Program-made: the position numbers and the translations under genes | Assembly (NCBI GenBank): GCA_050575255.1 | Contig: JBNZDD010013687.1 | Span: 2,323,312 to 2,387,311 of the forward strand | Direction of reading: 5' to 3' | Source of the DNA: Harriotta raleighana | Taxonomy: Eukaryota | DNA length: 64,000 nt | The notes under the pieces: model-generated | The model's database searches: none | What the model was told of the DNA's origin: nothing | What the model saw: only the letters and a program-made list of their open reading frames with translations | Part shown: piece by piece, positions 37,631-49,000 of the stretch | Numbering within the stretch: position 1 is the first letter of the stretch | How the letters are laid out: the number at the start of each line of letters is the position of its first letter

Positions 37631-38820
37631 AACAACAAAATTACATTTGTATAGCGCCTTTCACGTTGGGAGGACAGTCAGCGTTTCAGACCCGAGCTAG
37701 GGTCGGGGGTGGAGGGAAGGGAGGGGTAGTGGGTGACCAATGGCAAGGTCAAAGAGGAGGGTCTTGAGGCGGGACTTGAAGGAGGCTGGGGAGGGAGCAA
37801 GGTAGATGGATTGCAGGATGGAATTCTAAAGATTGGGGGAAGAATGGCTGAAGGCTAGTGGGGAGGGTGAGTCATGGGACAGGGAGCTGGGCAGATCCCA
37901 CTGTGCGAAGGGAGCAGACAGGTTGGTAAAGAGTTGGAGGTCACAGAAGTAGGGTGGGGCAAACCTATGGAGGGCTTTAAAGGTGAGGACCAGGATCTTG
38001 AATTGAATCCTCTGAATGATGGGAAGCCAATTGAATCAAGGCAAAAATGGGGAGATGGGGTAGTGGGACTTGGTGCAGTAGAGGACACGGTCTGCAGAGT
38101 TCTGGATGATCTAGAGGAGGGAGGAGTTGGGAAGGCTGACAAGCAGGGCATTGGCATAGACCAGCCTGGACGCGATGAAGGCTTGAAGAGCTTCAGCGGC
38201 CTGAGGGGTGAGGTAGTGGCGGAGTTGGGGCAATGTTGCGGAGGTGAGATGGAATGTGCAACCATGGAGGTTGATGATAATAATAATAATAATCCTTGCA
38301 TTTGATATAGCGCTTTTCACATCTTATCAACGTCCCAAAGCGCTTCACAGAATATACTGTAAAGTGAATTGACTGTATAGTTAGCTCTCATCCAGGACTT
38401 GATGTCTGACAGGCAGGTCAACATTATCGAAGGGGTCGAGGAGTCGAGGAGTACAAGGAAGCAGAGTGCCTGATCGCAGATGTTTAAAATGTTGTTAAGA
38501 GACTTTGGGCAGCACAGAAGACAGATTGGAAAGGTTCAAAGAAGGAATGGTCAGACTCAACAACTCGTTCCAAGGAGAGGAATGGGAGGTTGGAGATGGG
38601 GCGGTAACTGGAGAGCAGGGATGGGTCCAGGGAAGAGATGATAGCGGTGAAGTAGGAGGGAAAGTTAGGGTCGAAGGTGTATGGGTTGGGAGGTGGGTCA
38701 TGAGGTGGGGTGGGGAGGTGGGTCATGAGGGAGATGTAATAAGGGGGTTGCAATAGACAGGGTAGACAGATGGCTGAACAGATCCCCTCGATTATGAATT
38801 TGAGGAGGTTCAGCATCTCC
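37631..38820 (-). mobile_element. L2 LINE with internal deletions, interrupted by a SINE tail
   Basis: Reverse strand encodes LDPSLLSSYRPISNLPFLS, FEPFQS, CLSDIKSWMRAN and QAFIASRLVYANALL. L2 tail at 37631-37690. Confidence 0.9.
38275..38381 (-). mobile_element. SINE 3' tail nested in L2
   Basis: (ata)n atccttgcatttgatatagcgcttttcacatc ... cacagaatatactgtaaagtgaattgactgtata. Confidence 0.88.
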
Positions 38821-39321
38821 TTGCATTTGTATCGTTTCTTCTGCAGGGAAATAGGCTAATAAACAGACAAGTTAATTGTTTTTTGGACCTTTCTGCATGC
38901 CTGTGACTTTTCTACTCACTGCACAGCAAGCTGGTGCATAGCAAATATGACAAAAAATACAAGATTATGAGATTGAGTGTCACAAATGGAATGAACTTCT
39001 GCAAAGCACCGTAACTAAAAATTTACAATTGGCTAAATAGAATGTAGTTGGATAATGAAGCATTTGGATAAGGTGATATTGGACGTAATGAGGTTAAACA
39101 ATAATATACACTCACACAGCATGCAGGGACCCAAATGCAATGTTGTATTAAAAAGACTAATACAGTATCACCACATGCAAAAATAGCTCTTGCTTATTAC
39201 AAGCAAATTTGAATATTCAAAGGTGGCAATGCTCTGCAGCAGGGAGAGGAGAATTGTTCATTTTTTGTCCTTTGAGATGAGACATTTTCTATTGATCAAA
39301 ATATAACTCTTGCTCAGCACC

Positions 39322-39428
39322 AAGGTTTTGAGTGGAATCCTGTCTTTAGTGAGGTACTGAATGCATGCCTGTCTAAAGTGAGGTTTTGAATGGACTTCTA
39401 GTTAGTAATGAGGCTTTGAGTGGAGCTT
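39322..39428. repeat. Degenerate ~29-bp tandem repeat (about 3.5 units)
   Basis: Recurring gaggttttgaRtgga...cctgtct..agt units. Confidence 0.6.
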
Positions 39429-40027
39429 TTGAGAACAAGGATTGGTATTCCAAAACGTGAGGGATGCCACTTTGTGCTCAGCTCATTGGCAACTCACCAG
39501 AAAGGGATCTGGATGTCATCCAGACGAGTGGCTCATCTCAAGAGAGCAGACTTGATAGGTCTCAATTGGGCTGCATTTTAACCAGGAAAGTGGACAATCT
39601 TTTAATTTCAGATAGTGGAACTCTCAATAATGCTTCCTACTCTTGCTTACTATGCTTGTGTTGAATGGGGGAATTCTCAACATTAATTTTGGACTCGATC
39701 ATACGACTGATACAATCAGAATTATTGTTTGGTCAACCGGGAATCTGGTGCAAGAAGCTTAATTCCATGATTAAGAGTCTCCAAATGAAGCTGCTGAGAT
39801 GAAGCTGCTGAGAGTTCCACATGTGTGTGGTCTGGAGTGGAGTTTGTACTCTCTCCCCAGATTGGGTACCCTCATTACCTAATCCTGGAGAGATTAAATG
39901 CAGGTTGACAAGAGGCAAGGTTTGAAGATGCCAATGTGTATTTTAATTTACTGCTACAGTTTAATCATCCCAAACTGCCAACTTGCCATCTAAATTCCAT
40001 CCTCCTTCTCCAGTTAGGACCACTTTA

Positions 40028-40090
40028 CAACAACAATAAAATTACATTTATAGTGCGCTTTTCACGTCGGGAGGATGTCCCAAGGCGCTA
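40028..40090 (-). mobile_element. L2 3' tail
   Basis: aaattacatttatagtgcgcttttcacgtcgggaggatgtcccaaggcgct. Confidence 0.8.
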
Positions 40091-40254
40091 AGGATTAGAT
40101 TAGCATTATAGCTGATGCTGTGTGCTTTCAGCACCAAATAATTGTTACCATGCAAAAAATGCCTTCTGACTTTGAAAGTTGTTATTGAATTTGTTCTTTT
40201 CTATTTACAGGTACAGATTATTATTAATTTTGAGAAATAATCTTTCTGGATAGT

Positions 40255-40290
40255 ATTGTATCTTGGTATCAAATTGTATCTTGGTATCAA
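40255..40290. repeat. Perfect 18-bp tandem duplication
   Basis: attgtatcttggtatcaa occurs twice in tandem. Confidence 0.9.
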
Positions 40291-41428
40291 ACGCTCTGAG
40301 ATGCTACCATGCATGAGGTTTAAAAATGCAATTTGTTGTTGTTGATCCTTGTTAAATGGCATTTCTGATTACAGTTGCTACATGGCTACCATGAGTAACC
40401 TATGAGTTTCTATATTGATGGATTCACATTTTTCCACATATAAGTGGCCCTATGTAAAACATAAGCAATACCTTAAATCCAACCAGCAAAGAAGATGCTA
40501 CGGCTGTTAAAAACGGTCATGTAACATTATACAAGTAAAAGCATAATTTGCATTCCGGTTTTGATGACAACACTGCAATAAGAAAGATAGAAACCTCTTT
40601 GTAACTACACAAAGAGACATGGTAAATACGTTTAGAATAAATATTGTGCTGGGCATTATGGTCTTAACTAATATTAAAAATTTCTACAGCTCTTTAAAAC
40701 TATTCTCTTTGTAGGGTATCACACGTTGAGTACATTATTATTCATCAGTACTTTAGAACGCAGATACAATATTATCAAGCTTCCCAGCCTGACCGTCATT
40801 GGTATCTAAAATTATAATGTAAAATGTTTCTGATTAAGGATAGCTCTAACTATAATGTTGATCTTCAAAACAAAGTTCACTGAAAAAGTTTGCCAGACAC
40901 CTCTGACACCAGAGGGTACATTTTAATGAAATACAGATAACCTCCAATATAACACAATATCTCACGCCTTCTAAATTTGCTAAATTGAACATTCAATTTC
41001 TGTTCTTATGGTTTACAGATGTTCAGAACTATTGATTTCAAAGGATAACTAGTAATTCCTGTTAGATACTAACCTGGTTGAACTCATTATGTGAATACTA
41101 TATCTAATTATTGAAATAGTACCAAAACTCAAATTAATCTTTAAGATTTTAATACGTGAAAAACTGCATTACTTCCATTTCATATCTCATCGGAATATAA
41201 CATACAATTTACAGATGGATGCAACTGACTGAATTAAAAAAACATGAAAACCCATTAAAGCAATGGTGACAGCAGGAATTCAACTAGGATATGTATGAGG
41301 TGCAATGAGCACTTAATATAATGTGTATAGTTAAAACATTTGCACATGCAACAGCTTTGACCTGGTCTCAACCTTTGTTATTTGAACATAAAAAATGCTG
41401 CAATTATCTTTCTTGCATGTAACCCATC

Positions 41429-41731
41429 GATAATAATCCTTGCATTTGATACACTGTAGTGCTTTACATGTCCTCTAGACGTCTCAAAGCGTTTCACAAA
41501 ATATACGGTAAAGTGAATTGACTGTATATTTGTGGGTGAAACTCAGCAGCCAATTATGTACAGCAGGATCCCACAAACAATCCTGGATTGAGTGACCAAT
41601 TTATTATTGTTTATTTTTCTCAAGTGATTGTTATCAGGCATTTGGAATAAGCAATCTTGACCAAGGTTTTGCCCTGCTGCGAATCGAACCCAGATGCAAG
41701 GCGATTGCTCTACCACTGGGCTACAGGACTC
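41429..41731 (-). mobile_element. tRNA-derived SINE
   Basis: Reverse head gagtcctgtagcccagtggtagagc ... ctgggttcgattcg, and tail aaatgcaaggattatta. Confidence 0.9.
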
Positions 41732-43400
41732 TGATGTGCTCTATTACATATGATTAAAGCTGAAACAGAGAGTACCTGCCAATTCATATCACAATTGTGT
41801 TGCATTTTACAATAGCTATGAATGTAGTAACTACTGTTGGACTGTCACTGTACAACATGTACAAGCCAGAACTGTCTACCAACTGGACACATTGGTTACT
41901 TATCTTTTTAATGCTCATTCTTTATTCTTATAAAAAAAGATTCTTCCACAAAGAAAAGGGTAACCAAAACGAGAAAGAACCAGAGCATAGCTCTGAAGAC
42001 ATTAAAGTTAAGAAACCTCATATGATTAAGTCTTATAAATGCATCATAAAATAGCATACTACATTCTATGAACTCTTTGTATGTAAAAAAAACTCCCCCT
42101 TACCTCTCCCTTTGCGTTTATTTGGTAATGATCTTAGATGTACGTTCACAGTTTAGCAACTCACCAACCATAAATATGTTGTCAAAGTCCACTATTCATG
42201 GTGTCAGATTCCTGAATGGCTTGGCTATGTTTGGAACCAAATAGACCTTTGAAAAAATATAGTTTGAGGATGAATGCTTATGAGATTAAATCTAGAGAAG
42301 GGAGCAGTTAGGATTTCTCAGTTTAATAGTATATTCAAGTTATGGAATAGATCCAACACTATAATGAGCTATATCTTTGGCGAGTGCTTTTAGGAGTCAT
42401 TTATCCAGATACAAAAAAAAGGCCCCAGAGTCTGCAATATGCTACTCTCAAGATATTATTCGAACAATACTGTAATTTATTCAATATGAGAATAGGTAAA
42501 ACAAGAAATGTGGTATTTATTTCATTCAATTATGGGTAGGAAGAATTGTTCTTTCACATTCTGAAATATTACTTACAGAACATTAAAATCAATAATGATT
42601 GCAAAAACAAAATCACTCATATACTGCAAGTCATTTGCTATTTTTCTCTATTCTTTACAGTTTAAACATTCCTGCAATTTGAATGGGATTTTAAAATTTT
42701 TGCTGGGAAAATAAGAATTCTACCCATTGAAATTGTCTTAATTTTATATTCAAAGAAATGTCAAATTTGACAATCTGTTGCTTGCTTGACATACATGAGA
42801 ATTTTTTTTAATTCTTTGTATACACACTATATATATATTTTAAGAATACACTGTTAATACTTATTTACACAACAACCATTGTGATTAAAACATACACTAG
42901 CAGAAATTAATTGCAAATTGTGCATTTAGATTGAAGAAATGTCACTTCTTCCCTAGGCCCAAAATAAGCCATGTGAACTTCTGTTTTGATGTATGAATTG
43001 CACCAGCATTTTGGGATGAAGACCAGGAACTGGATTCTAAATTCCCTCAAAGCCCCTAAAAGAAGAAGGTCCTAGCAGTTTATAGTGGCATGGAATTCAG
43101 AAATTGCCTTTGTGACATTCTCACTCTGTTAGATAGCAGAGCAACTCTTCCACTTTGTCCCTCAGGGGCTTCTGGCTGTTAAAATACAAGCCAGACTTAG
43201 CATTTTGAATGTCAAGCTAGGAATCCTCGACATTTTGAGCTAGCTATGGTGGATGCAATCCAGCAACCTTCTGATACACCTAAAATGTACAAATAAGCAT
43301 CATTGAAAGCACTCAACCTCCATCAAGTAATATCTTTGCTAAAATTGCAATCTTCCAGCAGGGTGGGGGGGGTGGGGGTTGGTAGGGGGAGGGGGAAGAG

Positions 43401-43610
43401 TTAGGCGGGGAGCTGAAGAAAAAATGGTCGACTATTGGGGTAGTATAGCAAACAAAGTTATAGGAGCTCCTACTTTGGATTGTATGGATACAAAGTTATA
43501 ATAGCTCCTAATTTGGATTGTATGCATGCAATCCAAAGTAGGAACTACTATAACTTTATTTGCTATACTACCACAATAGTCAGCCATTTTTACTTCAGCT
43601 CCCTGCCTAA
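43401..43610. repeat. Foldback palindrome (86-bp arms, about 90% identical) with an internal 38-bp duplication
   Basis: 43401-43486 is the reverse complement of 43525-43610 with 9 mismatches. 43487-43524 repeats the inner end of the left arm. Confidence 0.92.
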
Positions 43611-43791
43611 NNNNNNNNNNNNNNNNNNNNNNNNNNNNNNNNNNNNNNNNNNNNNNNNNNNNNNNNNNNNNNNNNNNNNNNNNNNNNNNNNNNNNNNNNN
43701 NNNNNNNNNNNNNNNNNNNNNNNNNNNNNNNNNNNNNNNNNNNNNNNNNNNNNNNNNNNNNNNNNNNNNNNNNNNNNNNNNNNNNNNNNNN
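43611..43791. other. Assembly gap followed by a poly-C run
   Basis: Run of N, then C-run 43792-43827. Confidence 0.99.
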
Positions 43792-43827
<36 letters not shown>

Positions 43828-43918
43828 ACCCTGCTCGGGTCCTGACCTGACTGTTCAGCGCTTTGGGACGTCCTCCCGATGTAAAAGGTGCTCTACAAGT
43901 GTAATTTTGTTGTTGTTT
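43828..43918 (+). mobile_element. L2 3' tail
   Basis: accctgctcgggtcctgacctgactgttcagcgctttgggacgtcctcccgatg ... gtaattttgttgttg, near-identical to the reverse of 59064-59150. Confidence 0.9.
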
Positions 43919-45989
43919 GTTCTAAAGGGTGCTGGGTTGTACAACTGGCAAGATTTTAGCATTCCCGATTTGCCCGATATCAATTCATAGGCATGGTAGC
44001 AGTGAGTTGACTGACAATGTTTTCTTGTAGGGGGCTGGGACAGTAATTGTTACAAATGAAAGAAGTCCAGATTCTGGGAACCTGTCAGTTCAATAGTTTG
44101 GTGATTAGATATTTGCTGAGCGCACCTGAATTGGAATTGATTCCGACATAGAACAGTAATTTTCAGCATTGATTTCCACAAGCTCCAGGAGAGTATACAA
44201 ATTATTTTTGGTGCATTTTTCCAGCTGCTGATATGGAGCATAAGCAACAATAACTTGAAGACTGAGAACTCAGTTATTCTGAGGTAGGCTCAAAATGAAA
44301 GCAAAAGATTGAGAAAACTCAAACCCCATCAAACAAACAGATGCAAATAGTGTAGTGTGTAGAACTCAGAAGAATGCTCATTTTAGAAGGTAAATAGTGA
44401 ATGTAGAAGGTAGAAGTAAATGAAAAATCTAATGTGTCATGCATAGCAGAGATTTATCTGCCCTTAACAGGGAGGAAAATTAACAAGATGTGCTTCAGAA
44501 ATCTTGCCTTTGTTCTAAAATAGTGGGAAAAATATACAACATATACACCAAGACTATTCAATTGGGACAAAAATGACAGGCCATGATAGATGTCTTGTGA
44601 AGGGGATATCAATCTAATTGACACACTGATAACATCTGTCAATTCCGTTCACATGAGACGAGTCTTCATGATAAAATTAGATTTTAGTGCTATTTAAGAG
44701 AATTTGGTTCAAGCTCCCCTGGGAACGTTTAATAAAGATACTCTGAAACTCCATACATGTGAAGATCACCTCTGTATAATGCACATATCAGTTAGGTATA
44801 TGGTGGACAACACATCTCCTGCCTACATTGTCATAGGTTTCCTTCCATTTCCACCTGTCACTCACATCTACTTATCTCATTTAGGTCTGCAGTTACACGG
44901 AGAAGGGAAAAAGGAGAAAAAAGAAACATCTACTTTTACCCTCTGTTCCCTCACCTGTAGGTTTTATTTATTCTTATGCTTATTCTGTGAATGAGATGTA
45001 GGTGTGTGTTCATCTCATTGTCCTCTCCAGGAGTTACAACCAGATCAGTGTATTCATGGGTGGCAAGCATCAAAGATCTGAGAAAAATTTCAGTGAAGCC
45101 TCCCAATTGCCAAAGGAAATTACATATTTTGGGCACTGGTCATGTATTTTTTTTCAAGTTAGTACTGATGGCTACAAAGATTGGTTTGGTGAGAATCTTG
45201 TTAACCTCTGTCTAAACCATTAAACAAAAGCAGTTAATTAAGAGTGAAAAATCCAGGACACATACAACAGAACACGCACAAATCCAGCCCTATGACATCT
45301 ACCTGCTTAACAGTGAGATTCCTCAATAGATAGCATTACAAAAGGATAACTTCAGAACATACCATAGTATTAGTCTTTAAGTTTAATTCTGGATTTTCAT
45401 TTGCAAGGACCTACATAAATGCAAGTTACTATTAATAATAATTACTATTAATAATACCTATGTGGTAGAATTAGAATAAAAATTTAAAAAACAGCAAAAA
45501 CATTTCTGGGAGCACATTAATCCTGCAGTTGAACTCCACATATGGCATCAATTTGGTGCCAAGTTAGCAGTCTAAAGGATATCTCAGACAGCGCAATACT
45601 GTATCTAGTCATGCAAGAAGAAGCCAGGACATGATATTGTGTCAAACGCTCTGGAACTGTACAGGGCCAATGTGTGTGGGAGCCTCAATTTGCTGGCTGT
45701 AATCCATCTGATTTTTCCCACATTTTCTTTTCCACTCACACTTTGTTTCCAATCATCCTTTTTAAAGCAGGGTTGTCATGGATTGCACAGAACTCCAGTC
45801 TATTGCAACACTTTTAAAATTAATATTTATTTTAACCCTGCAGCTTGACAAGTTAGTATCTCCAAAATTAAGGTTGGTCACATATTGTTCAGATGTGTTG
45901 CCAGAGTCAACCTTGAACATTTTTAATTCTTGCAGTTAGTTCTTGCTTACCTCCAAACTGGGACGTCCACTCAACGTAAAAGGTGGGGC

Positions 45990-46550
45990 AGATGAAGCCT
46001 GTACAAGATGGATGGGTTACACCTAAACAGGGCTGGGACCAACGTCCTTGCAGGGAAGTTATCTTGTGCTGTAGGGGAGGGTTTAAACTAATTTCGACGG
46101 GGGGAGGGAGGGAATGCAAAAAGCAGTGGTCCAGGAAAAGGAGGGATAAGGAGAGGGGGAAATGCAGAACAGGCTAATTCGGTCTTGGAGTCCATGTGCC
46201 TAAATGCAGGGAGTGTGACAAACAAGATTGGTGAGCTGCAGGCTCAAGTTGCCACAGGGGGATTATGATGTAGTAGCAGTAACGGAGACTTGGCTCAAAC
46301 AATGGCAGGAATGGGAGCTGAATATTCCTGGCTATAATGTATTCAGGAGGGATAGGGAAGGAACAAAAGGAAGTGGGGTGGCAATATTAATTAAAGGCAC
46401 GGTTACAACCTTGGAAAGGTTCGACATGCTAGAGGACCTAAAAACAGAATTAAAGTTAAGGAACAAAAAAGGAGCTGTTTCATTGTTAGGGGTATACTAT
46501 AGACCACCCAAATAATGGGAAGGAGATAGACGATAGACGAGCAGATCTGC
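45990..46550 (+). mobile_element. CR1 LINE internal fragment: ORF1 esterase C-terminus plus ORF2 APE endonuclease N-terminus
   Basis: LYKMDGLHLNRAGTNVLAGKLSCAVGEGLN*, then MCLNAGSVTNKIGEL, frameshift, DYDVVAVTETWL ... YNVFRRDR ... GSGVAILIK ... LGVYYRPP. Confidence 0.92.
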
Positions 46551-46660
46551 AAGATTTAAGCTTGAAGAATCGTCTTAAAATGTTGCGGACAGAGGGTGTA
46601 ACATATAAAGTCTGTGTAACAATAAAACTTAAACTAACTGCCTTCATCTTCCATTTAATG

Positions 46661-46948
46661 GAGTTCCTGTAACTCAGTGGTTAGAGTGCTCGCCTTACAA
46701 GCAAGTAGACCTGGGTTCAACTCCTGGCAGGCCAGGGCGAAACCTTGGGTAAGTTTCCTTACTCCACACACCTGATAATAATCCCTCTAAAAAAAAAAAA
46801 ATGTGGTTACTCAAATCACGACGGTTTGCTGTGTGCAAAATGGCTGTCACGTTTCAGCCACAATATTCAGTCAATTCCCTTTATAGTATATTCTGTTTAG
46901 AACACATGTAAAGTGCTATATCAAATGCAAGGATTAGTATTATTATTA
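46661..46948 (+). mobile_element. tRNA-derived SINE
   Basis: cctgtaactcagtggttagag A box, gggttcaactcc B box, and tail tcaaatgcaaggattagtattattatt. Confidence 0.9.
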
Positions 46949-48288
46949 TTTAGTGAGTAAACCGAACAAAGTTTAAACCACAATTTCTCATATCAATAAT
47001 ATTTTAGTATTTCACTTGCATTTCTTCAGCATTTGGTTTGTGCCACTTTAACACTTCAAAATTATTTTGTAGAAAGTTCCCATTGTACCATCGATGGGAA
47101 ATCTCAATGAATTTGGTGTAAGGAAAAGGAAAACACCCTCTTTATTCACATCGACGACCCACTGGAGCTCACTGCTTTCAGGCCAAACATTGTGTGTTGT
47201 GAAACAAACACTGTTTTACCAAGGACCATTAAAATCTAAGAGTTCAATGTGTTTCAGGTTCTTCTTTCACAGTCCTTTCAAAATCACTTTTCATCGCGTC
47301 TGTTTTGTCCTTATGGTGCACCTAATCAACACTAAAATTATTACTAATCATTTGGACAAGGGAGAAGGGAATGATGATTATCCTTCATTCAGCTGGATAA
47401 TGTGGTGGCATGTTTGTGAGCATGTATGTAATGCAAAGATAAAATACTATTAATATATATTGTACACCAGTTATTTCAAATCCACCCTACAGTACTCCAT
47501 GTCATGGATTTTGAGAGAAGTTTCCAGGTTTTGTTGCATTGTCTGGCACAGGCACTTAAAATACCCATTCACAAAGACAATGGTGTGAACCCACTAAATT
47601 TCCAAACATTTTGTTCTTGACCAAAAAATGACCTTTGTACACATACAATGGCTTTATTCCTTCACAATCTGTTATTTTTAAGACATTGGATAGTTGGGAG
47701 AAGGTAAGTGAAATATATTTTTCTCCATCCTCCCCCACCCCACCTACTGACTTAAAATTAACAGATTGTCAATGAAAAATTTCCTTTTTGTCCTAACTAT
47801 CAAAAATTGTCTTGTGAAGACTAGTGTGGAAGGTTGCAACAATCCACGTCCAGTTTTAGTTCAGCTGAACCTCTTATTTTCTAAATTGAAATAGATAAAA
47901 TATTTTTTCCTTGTAGACCTATGGTTACGAAATACCTAAGGAAGAGTAGGAACTTAGGAAGACGGGGAGGTGATAAAATTAAATGTGAATCAACATAAGA
48001 TCAGCTTATTTAAGGAACAGCTTGATAGTGGAATGGGAGGCCAATACAGTAGATGTGGAAGTGTGAAAGATCAAATAACCCTTTGCAGCTGCCAGAATAT
48101 CCAGGAGTGACAGGCAAAGGTCCACAACAACAATTTTCACTTATGTAATGTTTGTCATGTAGGGAAAGCGTCTCAACGTGCTTTACAAATCTGCTCATAT
48201 TCATCACAGAAAGTATCATGCTGGATTTCAAATGTATTTGTACGACCGAGAGTCTGTTGATTTAAGCAAAAGATTTGCACTGGAACCA

Positions 48289-48405
48289 TAATAATAAGAA
48301 TAATACTTGCATTTGGTATAGTGCCTTATTATGTCATTAAGGTATCTTAAAGTGCTTCACAGAAGATACTGTAAACTGACTTAAAATTTTGTGCGAAAAA
48401 TGCAA
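48289..48405 (-). mobile_element. SINE 3' tail
   Basis: taataataagaataatacttgcatttggtatag ... aagtgcttcacagaagatactgtaaa. Confidence 0.75.
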
Positions 48406-48754
48406 AATGAGGTGAGGGCACAGCAATTTGCCATTGTTTCCTGAGTGAGTTTCTTTGACAGCAGAATCTCAGCAATATCTTGCCATATCATTTAAACCTA
48501 CTTCCCTTACATAAAACCCTACAGTGAGCTCCCAACAACCTTGCTACTGCACTGATTTCCCTCTTTATTGTGACATACAGGATAACATACGAGTTGAAAC
48601 CTGGAAAAAAGCAGTAACATAACAAAGGGTTTAGATGGCAATATTTAAATCCATGTATTTACTAGCCTTGTGCTGTTCAGAATCATATGCATCAAATACA
48701 TTCATAAAGCAGTTTTATTTCCCCATTGGCATATGCTTCTCCTCCCGGTCACGA

Positions 48755-49000
48755 GCCTCCTTGGTGCAGTCCACAGCCATAGGTTACCCTCCAATACTCC
48801 ACCCAAGTGAACATTCTTCATGTATGAATCCTGACTATGTACAATCAGCATGCGACTGAATGTGTCACAGTCCTAACTTCTGTTCACCTGGCTGCCACAC
48901 ACCCATCACTGGTGATGGCTATTATAGGAGGAAACCAGGCTGTTTCCCCCTTCCTCACCCTGGGAAGGCCAGGTCCAATTTAGCTTCCTCATTCATCCCA
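48755..49000 (-). mobile_element. Possible ancient SINE fragment (AmnSINE2-like)
   Basis: ggaggaaaccaggctgtttcccccttcctcaccctgggaaggccaggtccaatt recalls the reverse AmnSINE2-type core. From memory only. Confidence 0.3.

Noticed and set aside
37855-38816. Multiple overlapping 68-148 aa ORFs
   Set aside because: All derive from the decayed L2 copy.
43480-43845. ORFs with poly-Pro or poly-Gly
   Set aside because: Artefacts of the N gap and poly-C run.
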